From Octopus vulgaris (taxonomy: Eukaryota), in the NCBI GenBank assembly GCA_951406725.2, contig OX597818.1, positions 64,170,001 through 64,234,000 of the forward strand: a stretch of DNA of 64,000 bases, given 5' to 3'. A model generated the notes under the pieces. It saw only the letters and a list, made by a program, of their open reading frames with translations. It ran no database searches and was not told the DNA's origin. The position numbers and the translations under genes are program-made. Shown here in pieces: positions 1 through 12,777 of this stretch. The first letter of the stretch is position 1; every line of letters begins with the position of its first letter.

Positions 1-207
1 GACTGCTTTGGCCGGATCGTGTTCTGCCCTTACCTACGAAACTCGCATTGAGTCGAAACAGGGTCAGCTGAAGAAGGGGAATATTCCTTGTATTGTTTGT
101 TTGTCTTGTACTCTGTTTTTTCGTTGTTAAAAAAAGTCCGTTTCCTTGTTTGATTTTATGTTTTCGTTTCTCGTTGTGTTCTACGTTTATTTTGGTGTCG
201 TGTACTC
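1..207 (+). mobile_element. Putative Penelope-like element terminal (pseudo-LTR) fragment abutting a (TA)n tract
   Basis: Degenerate hammerhead-like segment cctacGA-aactc-gcatt-gagtc-GAAAcagg (about 32-63), then a T-rich tail that runs into the microsatellite. Same layout as the clearer modules at 20338 and 30178. Confidence 0.35.
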
Positions 208-476
208 ATATATGCATGTATATATACATATAGATGTAGGTATGTACATATATGTATGTATGTATGCATATGTTTTATTTATTAAATTGTTATATATATA
301 TATATATATATATATACGTACATATATATATATATATATATATGTGTGTGTATATATGTATATATATACATCTATACATATATATATGTATATATATATA
401 CATATATAAATGTATATATATTTTTATATATATATACATATATACATGCATACATATATACACACATATATATCCA

Positions 477-530
<54 letters not shown>

Positions 531-566
531 CGTATGTGTATGTATGTATGTATGTGTGTATAAATA
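208..566. repeat. Compound (TA)n/(TG)n/(TATG)n microsatellite, representative of dozens of such tracts
   Basis: Direct reading. Similar tracts at about 1890-2100, 7858-8180, 9288-9500, 12272-12350, 20263-20337, 20530-20710, 26980-27134, 30978-31200, 34723-34822, 39835-39957, 40937-41240, 43220-43420, 47735-47820, 48600-48733, 53560-53742, 56648-56912, 61692-61860. Confidence 0.98.
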
Positions 567-1890
567 TCAGTTTGCCTAATGATTTTCACCGAAACACTCG
601 CTACTAGGAAATGTTATTTAAGCAATTTTTCCATTCTAGCTTACGGCTGAGATCAGCAAAATCCTATGATTTCTTTGTCAAGGAAATAGTGAGGAGGCAT
701 GTCATGCTTTTGTATTTGTAAATCTATGCAAATCACTTTTCCGTGTATATATATATCCTTTACACCGAAGTGAGTTAATGTCCCTGCACTTGATAACTGG
801 GAATAATGATAGTCAGGCTACAATGGGCGAGAATATCGGGCGAAAATAAATTTTGATGGCGGTTATCTAACTTTTTAGTTTAAAGATAACTGCTGGAAGT
901 CGTAAAGCAGAGTCAATGAAACGCATCATGTATATGTATGTGCAAATCTATGCCCATATGTGTCTCTGTTTGTTTATGTCAGTGCGTTAGTGTATGTTTG
1001 TGTGAGACTGTGTGAGTGTATGTGTGTGAGTGTATTTGTGCATGTGACATTTTGTGTGTTGAAATAATTTTGACTCTATTGTTATATTTTTAGTATGTCT
1101 ATAATTGACTAAACATACACAACTGCATTTCTTTATGAAGTTGTGTACGCATGTCTATCGTTTCATGATGTTTCCCGCACGAAAATATTACAAAGCAATT
1201 TAGAATAAATAATATTTGATCTTTTGTTTAATTAACTCATAAATTCAAACTTGCACACGAGTAACATAATAGACACTTCGAGAAATAGCTAAATATTTCG
1301 TCAAACGGAACAATAGACAAGAAACACTTGACTATTTTTGAAGTATGACAATGAAATGCTTATATATTCTCCTACAATTTCGTTAACATTTTCTATAACA
1401 CAATCAATAACATAATTGATTCCTGTTAATGGGTAAAATTGCCATTACAGTAATTGTTGGCGCTAAGATGATATTTCGGGGGCTTTTATGTATAGGTAGA
1501 AAAAGAGCAACAACCAATCAAAGTGTAATATAAATTGGCCACTTCAATTAATACGTTCGCTAGTATTCTTGGTCTCTAAAAAGATATAGAAGCTATTGGT
1601 AGAACAATGGCGTGGGATACCAAAATAACTCACCGTTTCTTTCACATTAACGATGCCTTTAAATAACATACATTGAATTGAATCAAAGATCAATGGAACT
1701 TTTCCTATTGACCTTATGTCTATTTCCAGCGATATCTACAGACACATTTACACACACATATGCATGCACGAACACACACACACGTACACACATATATTCA
1801 AACAAAAGCACACACAGATGTGCTTTATTCACCATTATTTTTACATTCGCTTTTTTTAAATGTATGGAGAAGCTTATGACAGATTTTTTA

Positions 1891-1954
<64 letters not shown>

Positions 1955-1980
1955 TGTGTGTGTATATAGATATGTATATA

Positions 1981-2075
<95 letters not shown>

Positions 2076-3221
2076 ATTTATGTATGCATGTACGTGTGTG
2101 TCTCTTTGTGTTCGAAATAAGCTATTATTCTGTTTGCATCGGTATTCTGTCTGTTCTTATATATTTTCTAAATTTTCAATTGTGATTTGTCGGATGTAAC
2201 ACCGAGGATGCTCAGTGTTTAACGGGTCATTGTTCTTCGTACGCAAATCATGGTTGCGGCTGAAACTGAATGCAACATTTGTTAACGATTTTAGAATTAG
2301 GATATTTTCTTCTTCATTCACCCTTAGAATCTTTATGGGATACAGGGATAATTATTGTAGATATATTCACAACACCATGCATATTACAGATTCAGGGAAT
2401 TAGCGCATTCAGTCGTTACACTGTATTAGTCAATAAGTTCTGTATTAATTTATCACTTTTAGCTATAAAAAAATATTAGGTAAGCTAATAGTCTATATAA
2501 TAAATTTAAATATAACACGAAACAGATGAGACGATAAATAGATTATTCTGGTTCAGTACATGCAGTAACCGTTATTGTTCACTTTAGTATACATAGGTAT
2601 AATATTGACTTATGCATTTAAAAGTGATTTCTAGGATATTTGCTACACTTCCAACTATTATTGCCGTTTACCACTCATTAATTTGCACTTTGTGTAATCA
2701 GATTAAATATAAGAGCCTGGAAGCACATTCTTAACATAATGCTAATTTGAATTGTCACTTCTTAGCATTCGTCTGTAATTCAAATTAAAATGGCTATTTT
2801 GTTTATGTTTTCTGGCTTTGAATTTCGGTCACTCCAGCATCCAGTCGTTCATATTAACCGACTTTTTTTGACAGCCAAGAGCAACACGCCTAATCCCACA
2901 CACACAAAAAAATGGAAGGCAGATAAGTGATATCTAATAGTCAAAAGAGATTGAAACGTCTTTAGAGCCTCAAGCGGCAAAGGGAAATGTAGAATAAGTT
3001 ACATGTATGTACAAGACACCAAACGTAGAATTAACATTATCATCAAGACATAACTTGAATACAGGGCATGTCTTTATCACTAAGATTACGTACCACACCG
3101 TTAACAAAAAAATAGCAACAAAGAAGAAAGTCCTGAATTAAATATAGAGAGTATACGTATTAGTGAATTCACTATACCAGGACAAGTAATTAACTATGTT
3201 CAGAAAAAGTTAAAGAATTTT

Positions 3222-4426
3222 AATTTTGCTTTAACCGTATATGAATCCATTGATATTCAATTGCTTGTATTTGTATGATTTATTGACGAGAATGGAATAA
3301 ACAATCAATGTGGAGGCGCAATGGCCCAGTGGTTAGGGCAGCGGACTCGCGGTCATAGGATCGCAGTTTCGATTCCCAGACCGGGCGTTGTGAGTGTCTA
3401 TTGAGCGAAAACACCTAAAAGCTCCACGACGCTCCGGCAGGGGATGCTGGTGATCCCTGCTGTACTCTTTCACCACAACTTTCTCTCACTCTTACTTCCT
3501 GTTTCTGTTGTACCTGTATTTCAAAGGGCCGGCCTTGTCACTCTCTGTGTCACGCTGTATATCCCCGAGAACTACGTTAAGGTTACACGTGTCTGTGGAG
3601 TGCTCAGCCACTTACACATTAATTTCACGAGCAGGCTGTTCCGTTGATTCGTAACCGACGGAGTGTTTCCACAATCAATCAATTTTTGTGCGGTAAATAA
3701 ATGTCCACAATTACAAGAGGCCAAGATATTTTTGATTTGATAAGAGGCTACCTTAAAAAAAATGAAATTGTTTAGGAGCTTCTGCATGACAGGCTGTATT
3801 AAAGAATCTGGTTCCTTCGTAGAAGAAGAAAACCCAAATTTCATTCGTACTCATCACTTTCTACATAGAAACGTTCTTGTTTCAAAAATATTGCTGGAAG
3901 ATTTAAAGGCTGTGTTACATCAAGTCGTTGGAATGGTCAATTATGTAAAAAGTAAGCCATTGAAGTAACGATTATTTGAACAACTGAGCAAAGAGATGGA
4001 CTCTCATCGTGTCCAGGAGTTAATACACACTGTGGTTTGTTGGCTGTGAAAATGCAAATTACTAAATCGTGTTCACGAACTGCGCAAGGAATCACTATCA
4101 TATTTTTGCTCCAGGAAAAGCAGGAGAAGTTCTGTGAATAACTTAGCAGCGAATTTTGGATGCCTAAAACGGAATGCATAATATAAATATATATTGAACT
4201 AAATAGAGAAAATAATAGTATGCAAGGTAAAAACGAAAATATTCTCACTTCAACAGACAAGTCAGTTACCCTCAAAAGAAAAATTGTGATTTGGAAAGAA
4301 AAGATCAATCACTGGCAATCTTGATATGATTCCTTTATTGCATTGTTTTACCTGCATTAGAGAAATGATTGTGGTTACTCATCTGAGATCCCTGGACGAA
4401 AGCATTAACAATTAATTTCCGTCATT

Positions 4427-4478
<52 letters not shown>

Positions 4479-4835
4479 ATGATTAGATTAGAAATCCCTT
4501 CATAAATCATTCTTCTAACTTGAGTGACAGGAAGAATTGGCCGCCGGTTCTAGTGACCGCGTGTTAAGATTAAAACATCCGACTCTGCCCATTGATTCAT
4601 TTTGGATTTCACTTCAAGACGAGTATCCCATATTATGTAAAAGAGCTTCAGCCATTTTATCACTATTTTCAATTTCTTATTTATATGATTTATGGTTCCC
4701 AAGATTAAACGACATCAAAAACAAGAAGCACCAGATATTACGTACAACGGAAGAAGAAATAAAGGTGTGTTTGTCTCATATTCGACCAAACATTGAGAAA
4801 ATTATGAAGAAATGCCAGGCTTAAATTTCACTCTA
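3222..4835 (+). pseudogene. Decayed hAT (Buster/Charlie/ZBED5-like) transposase, interrupted by a SINE and a (GA)n tract
   Basis: Motifs in the expected order despite stops and frameshifts: NFALTVYESIDIQLLVFV*FI (cf. FALQLDESTD..QLLVFVRY), THHFLHRNVLVSK (HCxxHRxxL), VLHQVVGMVNYVKSKPLK*RLF, SMQGKNENILTSTDK, YD*IRNPF, and a C-terminal dimerization region FWISLQDEYPILCKRASAILSLFSISYL...IRPNIEKI. Confidence 0.9.
3310..3671 (+). mobile_element. tRNA-derived SINE, family A, full length, inserted in the hAT remnant
   Basis: Pol III A box TGGCCCAGTGG (3322-3332) and B box GTTTCGATTCC (3366-3376). Flanking direct repeat caatcaat (3302-3309, 3672-3679). Homologous copies at 41362 and 45232. Confidence 0.9.
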
Positions 4836-5023
4836 AGGAAACCAGACAGTTTACAATGTAGTGGTTACTTGTTCAATACATCTTTTTACCGATATTAATA
4901 TCTCGATAAATCAATTGGTTAAATATTGCTTCCCTCTTTGAATCGCTTAATGTTACCCTGTAACAAAGTACATTCCCCAGTGCCTACTTGCAGGTCCGAG
5001 CTGTGGGCCCTAAATCAAACACG

Positions 5024-5426
5024 CTTTTACTTGTTTCAGTCATTTGACTGCGGCCATGCTGGAGCACAACTTTTAATCGAGCAACTCGACCCCGGGACTT
5101 ATTCATTTGTAAGCCCAATACTTATTCTATCGGTCTCTTTTTGCCGAACCGCTAATGTAACGGGGACATAAACACACCAGCATCGGTTGTCAAGCAATGC
5201 TAGGGGGACAAACACAGACACACAAACATATACACACGCATGCATATATATATACATATATACAACAGGCTGCTTTCAGTTTCCGTCTACTAAATCCACT
5301 CACAAGGCATTGGTCGGATTGGGGCTATAGCAGAAGACACTTGCCCAAGATGCCACGCAGTGGGACTGAACCCGGAACCATGTGGTTGGTAAGCAAGCTA
5401 CTAACCACACAGCCACTCCTGCGCCT
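5024..5426 (-). mobile_element. tRNA-derived SINE, family B (CORE-like segment, internal TA/TG microsatellite)
   Basis: Reverse complement of the 6808 copy. A box TGGCTGTGTGG, B box GGTTCAGTCCC, CORE-like segment cttgggcaagtgtctt, tail related to (GTAAAAGA)n. Confidence 0.9.
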
Positions 5427-6807
5427 GTGGGTATTTATCTTCTCTGACTAGACTTCTTTCCAAATTATCTATTTTGCTAGGTAAAAATATGGAAATAGCT
5501 TCGTTTCAAACTCATCGCTGTAAGATATCCTGTTCTATACACTATAAATTCTTGTCTTACAAATGAAGCTTAAACAGGAATTACCTAGATATTCTATTTA
5601 AGTATATTTGCGACGATTATTAATTTCCTATTCGAAATTAAAATACATTATCTTCTACCATCAATCTCTCATGTGAACATCTTACAATATTTTAATCATA
5701 TCATTTATATTCTAACTATAATGTCACACAATATCAGAGATTTGCTACTGGTGATTGAATACTAATTCTATATTTCTTTGATGCATTCTCTGCATCTTGC
5801 AAGAATTTATTAGATAATTTTCACTTTGTTAAGTAGCAACTCTTTGATAAATGTCGACTTGGATCACTGGCCTCCAAGCTATACTGATAAGTATAATTCG
5901 TATAGTGGACATTCCATAGAATCTAGATATTCCGTATATCTATTAGAGTATCTTATAAACTGCTTTGGGAAATGGTTGTCTTACGCTTCTCTCTTTACTT
6001 CAGGTTTTGTGACTCTACGAGCAGAAGAGTTCAATGTCTGTAATTATGCATCGTGAAGTTTCGTGATGTGTTCTGTGTTGTTCCAACATTAAAAACGCAG
6101 ATACACAGGTAGGTCAGACGTCAAAATACATAAAAAAAGGTAAATTGATTAGAGCTTTAAATACTCCAACCTTAATACTGACCTCCCCTAATATTGTAAT
6201 TTGGGTTATTTCAATGCCCTGCAGTTGTCACTGGGATCGCTCTCATTATATTGTGATTCCACTTTTCTATCCTTAATTCTTTTCCATATCTATTCGTTTT
6301 GTATTCCCATTCAGCTTCTGTATTTGTATCGCTTTCTATGACATAGCAAACTGATAAATATTCAATTACTTTCAAGACAGAACCAATGTACCCTTGCACA
6401 ATTTTGTAACAATGATTAGATTCAGAATTCGATGTCTATAAATCATATATTGGAATTGTATTGAAAACAGTGAAATTGATATGACAGACCTTATCTTTAC
6501 ATGAAAATTATCATTCCGAAATTATAATTTAAGTCATTAATATCAGCATAAAATATATTGAACATGACGCTAGCTAAGGACTGTGACAGGGAAATTTAGG
6601 GGGTGAGCCTTCAAATCAGCGATCTCAAGAGAAATAGTGTGATGCAGGGCAGGGAATTACTCTTTATTTTCCGAAATTACCATTTCAATAAAAACTATGA
6701 ATGAGTAGCGAGCTGCTTGGCCTTTTGTACACTGAATCGAACAAAAGATAAGCGCCCAGAGGGAGTTTGGAAACAGCTGGCATCGATCTCATTCATAATA
6801 TACTAAC

Positions 6808-7224
6808 AGGCGCAGGAGTGGCTGTGTGGTAAGTAGCTTGCTAACCAACCACATGGTTCAGGGTTCAGTCCCACTGCGTGGCACCTTGGGTAAGTGTCTT
6901 CTACTAAAGCCACGGGCCGACCAATGCCTTGTGAGTGGATTTGGTAGACGGAAACTGAATGAAGCCCGTCGTATATATGTATATATATATATGTATATGT
7001 GTGTGTTTGTGTGTCTGTGTTTGTCCCTCTAGCATTGCTTGACAACCGATGCTGGCGTGTTTATGTCCCCGTCACCTAGTGGTTCGGCAAAAGACACCGA
7101 TAGAATAAGTACTGGGATTACAAAAGAATAAGTCCCAGGGTCGAGTTGCTCGATTAAAGGCGGTGCTCCAGCATGACCGCAGTCAAATGACTGAAACAAG
7201 TAAAAGAGTAAAAGAGTAAAAGAG
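6808..7224 (+). mobile_element. SINE family B, full length
   Basis: aggcgcaggagtggctgtgtggtaag head, A and B boxes, internal (TA)n(TG)n linker, 3' tail gtaaaagagtaaaagagtaaaagag. Confidence 0.92.
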
Positions 7225-7853
7225 AGTGAATTTTGTACATCGACGCATGAAGGAAATGAAACATATTATTTTCACTATATGAGTTGTAACATATTTGCTC
7301 ATACATGTATAGCCATCTGTGTTCAAATGTGTATGAATATACAGATAAGCACAAATGATAATAAACACCAAGGGAAGACAACTCAAGTAATATAGTTTAT
7401 TATTATTAAAAGTCATTAAACAAATTTAAAGTCTCACAACTGTTTGTTGGTTATCCCCAAAACATGTAGAATACGCCATAATCGTAGATTAGATGGTGCG
7501 AAAATGAAAGGGTGCAGATTACGGAAACGATGGAGCAAAATACTATGAGAAATAAAGAAATACAGAGATGTAGAAATAACAGAAAAAAGGAAAACAATAT
7601 ACAAATGTTCACAGTTTAAGTTTCCGATAGTCCAGGTGCTAATCCATCAGTCTTTATGTACAATCATTTGTGAATCGAAGTAAGGTAATATTTCTCATAT
7701 TTTTAACAAATTTATATCCGCTATATCGTAAATCTACAATAGTTCCTTAGTTCCATATCTTCTGTCACGGTTACGTGCTTGGAAGCCTGGTAATCCGATA
7801 CAGCACTTACCCAGCATACCTATCCGTTTAGATCACCTGCGTACTAAATCCCC

Positions 7854-7903
<50 letters not shown>

Positions 7904-7906
7904 TAT

Positions 7907-7970
<64 letters not shown>

Positions 7971-8045
7971 GTAGGTAGGTAGGTAGATAGATAGATAGAT
8001 AGATAGGTAGATAGATAGATATCTACCAACCTACCTATATATATG

Positions 8046-8108
<63 letters not shown>

Positions 8109-9287
8109 GTATATATATATATATATATAATTTTTTTATATATATATATATATTTATACATATATATTTATATATATGCACGCCAATCTATCCTGTCCCT
8201 AATTGTATACACACGCACATATACGTTGCTTTATGTATTCAGTATAGAGCTAAGAGCAGTGATTTTATATCTACAGCTTATAAAACTACGCCTAGTGTGC
8301 CCAAGTAACGTTCAAGCTCTGTTCCATGGTCTATACAACTTACAAACAGTCGATCAGAACAAGAGAAGGCAGGAGAAGAGCGATGAGAGTTTGGAGGATG
8401 CAAAAATTGATATGGGAAAGAAACAGAGAAGATAATGAAAAAAGAAGGAACGTTTGAATAAAGGACGAAAGAAAAAAAGAAATAGAGCGATGTAGAAATA
8501 ACAGAAAGATGAATAAATTATATAAAACTTCACAATTTAAGTTTGGCTGAGAAAACGGAAACGTTAATATTTCCCTCAAAAACCAGAGATATTGTAAATC
8601 ATATTTGTAATATGCAATGAATGGTGAATACAACAACCAACGTCCGTAGAAACGTCCGTAGCAATTCGCTGAAGATTTAAGAATGTACATCCAAAGTTTA
8701 TGTTCTTACAATATCTATCCTACACCATAGCGGCACCAGGCTAAGAATCTTCCTTTAAAATTCTTTGGAAGATGGGAACAATAAGCATTTGCTGGAATAA
8801 ATAACGTATGAGCTTTTTATGAGCACATTCAAAAGAATTCAAAATAAACGGACTTAACGGATACATACATATACATACACACACTTACGCGTGCACACCC
8901 ACATATATTTAGATAAACTTGCATACACAGATATATATATAAGTTGCATAAATGTTTGGAAAATAAGTGAAGCCAGGAGAAACAAAATTCCTTCAATAAA
9001 TTAGATAATTTTACTATAAGTGACGCAATCACTAAAGCATAAGCTCTAGGCTTTTTGGTAGATTGAAACTATCTTTTCGAAATATGCAACATACTTTGCA
9101 ATTCTTCGTCAGTGCACGTTTCAATATTCATAGAAATAGATTCATTTTGTCTGAAATATATTTTAATATTTCATAACTGAAAGATACTAATTAAAATATT
9201 ACATTCTGCTATATCTTTTCAGTTTCCAGTTTTAATATGTACTGAAGCGTATGAAAATATATTCATATATGCATTATAAATGGCTCG

Positions 9288-9328
<41 letters not shown>

Positions 9329-9337
9329 GCATGTATG

Positions 9338-9390
<53 letters not shown>

Positions 9391-9394
9391 TTAC

Positions 9395-9425
<31 letters not shown>

Positions 9426-9465
9426 TATATATATATATATAAATACAACTATATATATATATAAG

Positions 9466-9498
<33 letters not shown>

Positions 9499-10352
9499 AT
9501 GGACTAGTTATATGCATGCATGTATGCATATATGTGTGTAATCACTAAAATATTATAGTGTCGATTAACAATAACTTTTACAATTTTCTATCTGAAAACA
9601 CTTTGATAATGTGAAAATTGTTCATACAGAACATAACACCATTCAGACTGAAAATACTTCCCAATATTATTTATGTTTCAGATATTCAAATAATTCCAAA
9701 TATGAAAATAATTTTTCTTGCTTGATATGCCATATTTGTATCTATGAATTAATGTGATGCATCGTATGATGAATATTAATATGAAAAATATGTTTTATAG
9801 AAAAAAATATATTGTATGAATATATAGAAATTATATATATATTTATATATATATAATAAGAAAAAAGTATTTCAAAATGGATTTTTACAAAACTTTCAAT
9901 GATTTTTGGCCCGTAGAATTATATATTTCAGAAGAATATGTTTTAATTATAAAATTATTGCTGATGGCTTATGAAAATTAATCTCCAGTCGAGAGATTTG
10001 GGGTATATTTTTGAGAGTTAATAACAATATTCATATTTTTTGAATAAGTTATTCCTTCCGATATATGAAATACTAATATTATATAATTAGGCTACATATA
10101 TTTATACACATCCGAACAGATAATATATTCATTGCGTTTAATCAGTATGTTTTAAAATGAAATTAGCTTCTCACACGTTAAAGTATAATATTTCACTCTA
10201 CTAACAGTCTAACGCCTACCCATGTTTAATCCGTCCCTTCAAACGACACGGTTAAAAGATTTCACAATTTTTGTTGCATTACCTGGATAACTACACAAGA
10301 AAATAACCTTTTTTTCATCGTATGATTTTAACTAGGAATGTATTTGCATCCG

Positions 10353-10588
10353 AAAGGTGGCGAGCAGGCAGAAACGTTAGCACGTCAGGCGAAATGCATA
10401 CCGGTATTTCGTCTGCCGCTAATTTCTGCGTTCAAATTTCTCCGAGTTCGATTTCGTCTTTCATCGTTTCGGGGTCGATTAAATAATACCAGTTACGCAC
10501 TGGGTTCGATGTAATCGACTTAATCCGTTTGTTTGACCTTGTTTGTCCCCTCTGTGTTTAGCCCCTTGTGGGCAGTAAAGAAATAGGT
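10353..10588 (+). mobile_element. tRNA-derived SINE, family C (Meta/MESC-like central domain), monomer
   Basis: Head ggtggcgagcaggcagaaacgttagc, B box gttcaaatt, central tttcatcgtttcggggtcgattaaataataccag, tail ccccttgtgggcagtaaagaaatag. Approximate TSD gtattt(g/t)catccga. Confidence 0.88.
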
Positions 10589-10597
10589 ATTTTCATC

Positions 10598-11987
10598 CGA
10601 GAATGACACGGATATTCTTTTATATCATAACTTGAAGTCGAATTCCATGCAAGACTGGAAAGGTTAAACTCATAAATACTTTAGTTTCTGTTATCAACCT
10701 TCAGGTTTGAAATTTACACGAAATCGTTAAGTCTGTTTCCAAGGGAGTGCCGCATTCAAGAGAAGACTAGCATGAAAAGCAACGGGACTGATTACAGTAC
10801 TCTCGCAGACCAGAACCTACTTGCCGTCGGTCATCTATCTTCCATTCTATGCAGATCTACACGAGTTGCTAAATTCCGCGACAAATCAAGGTCTCGTTCC
10901 TGATTCTATTGCAGAAATTGGTCCCTGCTGTACTCTTTCGCCATAACTTTCTCTCAACCTTTCGTCTGTTGGCCTGCTTGCTTAGCCAGCGGGGTGGCGT
11001 CATTTCAAGGCTAAAACAATGCGAAGCACATTGTGACCAGAGATGTGTAGCAACATCTGATAGCCTGGTCGGTCATGGTGATCACGGTGATATATATATA
11101 TATATTTATATATATATATATATTACGGATATGAAATGTTCTCCAGTAAACACTTGAACATTTTTTATTGAATTTCTTTCCATCGCAGATCAGTGTTTAT
11201 TAATATCTATCGAGAATCCAATCAGAAGTGCAGCAAAGCAACTTGGGTAACTGTTTTCAATCGTAACTGATTCAACCTGTGTAACTGTTTACATTCAAAG
11301 ATATTATTGTTCCTCTTACAAAAAATTTCAATTTTATTCTATTATCATAAACTTTCTGTACAAAAGAAAGATCTTGAAAATCTTTAATACACTTACTGAC
11401 ATTTCAAAAAACTTAGACGTAGACTAAACAGAGGTTTGGAAACATTTGAATTACTTAAATATGGAATTTTACCAAGTTTCCTTCAATATGTTACACCGAA
11501 TTTTCTATTCTTTTGACAATGTACCAATTACAATGAAATAAATAAAAAAAAAAACAGTAATCTGTTTTCATAGTGCGATTGAAAATAATATATTTTCGGC
11601 TTAACTCGAATTATTTATTTACACCTTTTAAAATAAGATTGAACTTATTTATTACATTAATTTTTATTCCAATCCAACGGCACTACAAAGAAAATTGTCT
11701 ATAGAATTTGTTCTGCTCAACCTCCGACTTCCTAGTAACGTTATAAGATGATCGATGACACATGTTAATCTACCTTGTCAAGGAGATAGAAGGGAGAAGT
11801 GTTTTGTCCTAAAATTCAAATGTTTATGCAACAGTCACTTGGAAACAGACTTAACTAAGGATTTCGTGTAAATTTCAAACCTGAAGGGTGATAACAGAAA
11901 TTAAAATAATTATGAGTTCAACCATTCCAAGCTTGCATGGAATATTATTTCAAGTTATGATTTAAAACAGTATCCGTGTCATTCTCG
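10598..11987. repeat. Long imperfect inverted repeat (arms 10598-10743 and 11838-11987)
   Basis: cgagaatgacacggata...ttcaggtttgaaatttacacgaaatc..ttaagtctgtttccaag is the reverse complement of cttggaaacagacttaa...gatttcgtgtaaatttcaaacctgaag...tatccgtgtcattctcg. Confidence 0.9.
10922..11092 (+). mobile_element. 5'-truncated family A-related SINE with an alternative 3' tail
   Basis: tccctgctgtactctttcgccataactttctctca matches the family A body, then switches to an unrelated tail ending ggtgatcacggtga-(TA)n. Confidence 0.6.
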
Positions 11988-11999
11988 TACGAATGTTTT

Positions 12000-12266
12000 T
12001 TATTTAGGCGCCTTTTTCAAGCCTAGCCAGGCTCATGGGCCCGGTATTCCGGTTTCTATGGCGTATGTGTCCTGTGAAAAAAGGTAGAAAGAGTGAGAGA
12101 AAGTTGGGTCGAAAAAGTACAACAGGTGTCACCACCACCCGTGCCGGAGCCTCGCTGAGCTTTTGGGTGTTTTCGCCGAATAAACACACACACAACGCGA
12201 TTCTCATAAAACACGATCCTCCGACCATAAGTCCGCTGCCCTAACCACTGAGCCATTGTGCCTCCA
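12000..12266 (-). mobile_element. Family A-related SINE with a third type of 3' tail
   Basis: Head tggaggcacaatggctcagtggttagggcagcggac is shared with family A. After caactttctctcactctt the sequence changes to ...catagaaaccggaataccgggcccatgagcctggctaggcttgaaaaaggcgcctaaataa. Confidence 0.75.
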
Positions 12267-12268
12267 TA

Positions 12269-12354
<86 letters not shown>

Positions 12355-12564
12355 TTGAAACCCATACGACTAAAATTGGGTAATTCTCTCGTTGAATATT
12401 ACGTTATATATCGATTTGGAATGTCGGCACAAGGCCAGCAATTTATAGGAATGGGTTACTCGATTACATCGAAGCCACTGATCAACTGGTATTTCATTTA
12501 TCGACCGAGTAGGGTTGAAAGGCAAAGTGGATCTCAGTAGAATATATATATATATATATATAAG

Positions 12565-12777
12565 CTGAAAGAAGCCCGTCGTATATATATATATGTATAT
12601 ATATATACATATACATATATACGACGGGCTTCTTTCAGTTTCTGTCTACCAAATCCACTGACAAGGCTTTGGTCGGCCCGAGGCTATAGTCGAAAACATT
12701 TACCCAAGGTGCCATGCAGTGGGAATTAACACGGACCCATGTGGTTGGTATGCAAGCTACTTACCACACAGCCACTC
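12565..12777 (-). mobile_element. SINE family B 5' half with a fold-back end
   Basis: Head on the minus strand at 12777. ctgaaagaagcccgtcgtatat (12565) is the inverted copy of atatacgacgggcttctttcag (ends 12638). Confidence 0.85.

Noticed and set aside
2195-2280. ccGAGGA...GAAAC hammerhead-like spacing
   Set aside because: Core mismatch and no convincing stem I.
3310-3385. tRNA gene candidate (also SINE B and C heads)
   Set aside because: A and B boxes are present but there is no complete cloverleaf or terminator, and the heads always continue into SINE bodies with TSDs.
5197-5451. Recurrent ORFs such as SFSFRLPNPLTRHWS and RPRKDERQSRPR that look like a multigene family
   Set aside because: They are antisense or alternative-frame translations of SINE families B and C.
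5500-6520. Unique-looking sequence that might be a host exon or old LINE (also 21780-22380 and 51330-51680)
   Set aside because: No recognisable protein motif or sustained reading frame by eye; a translated search would be needed.
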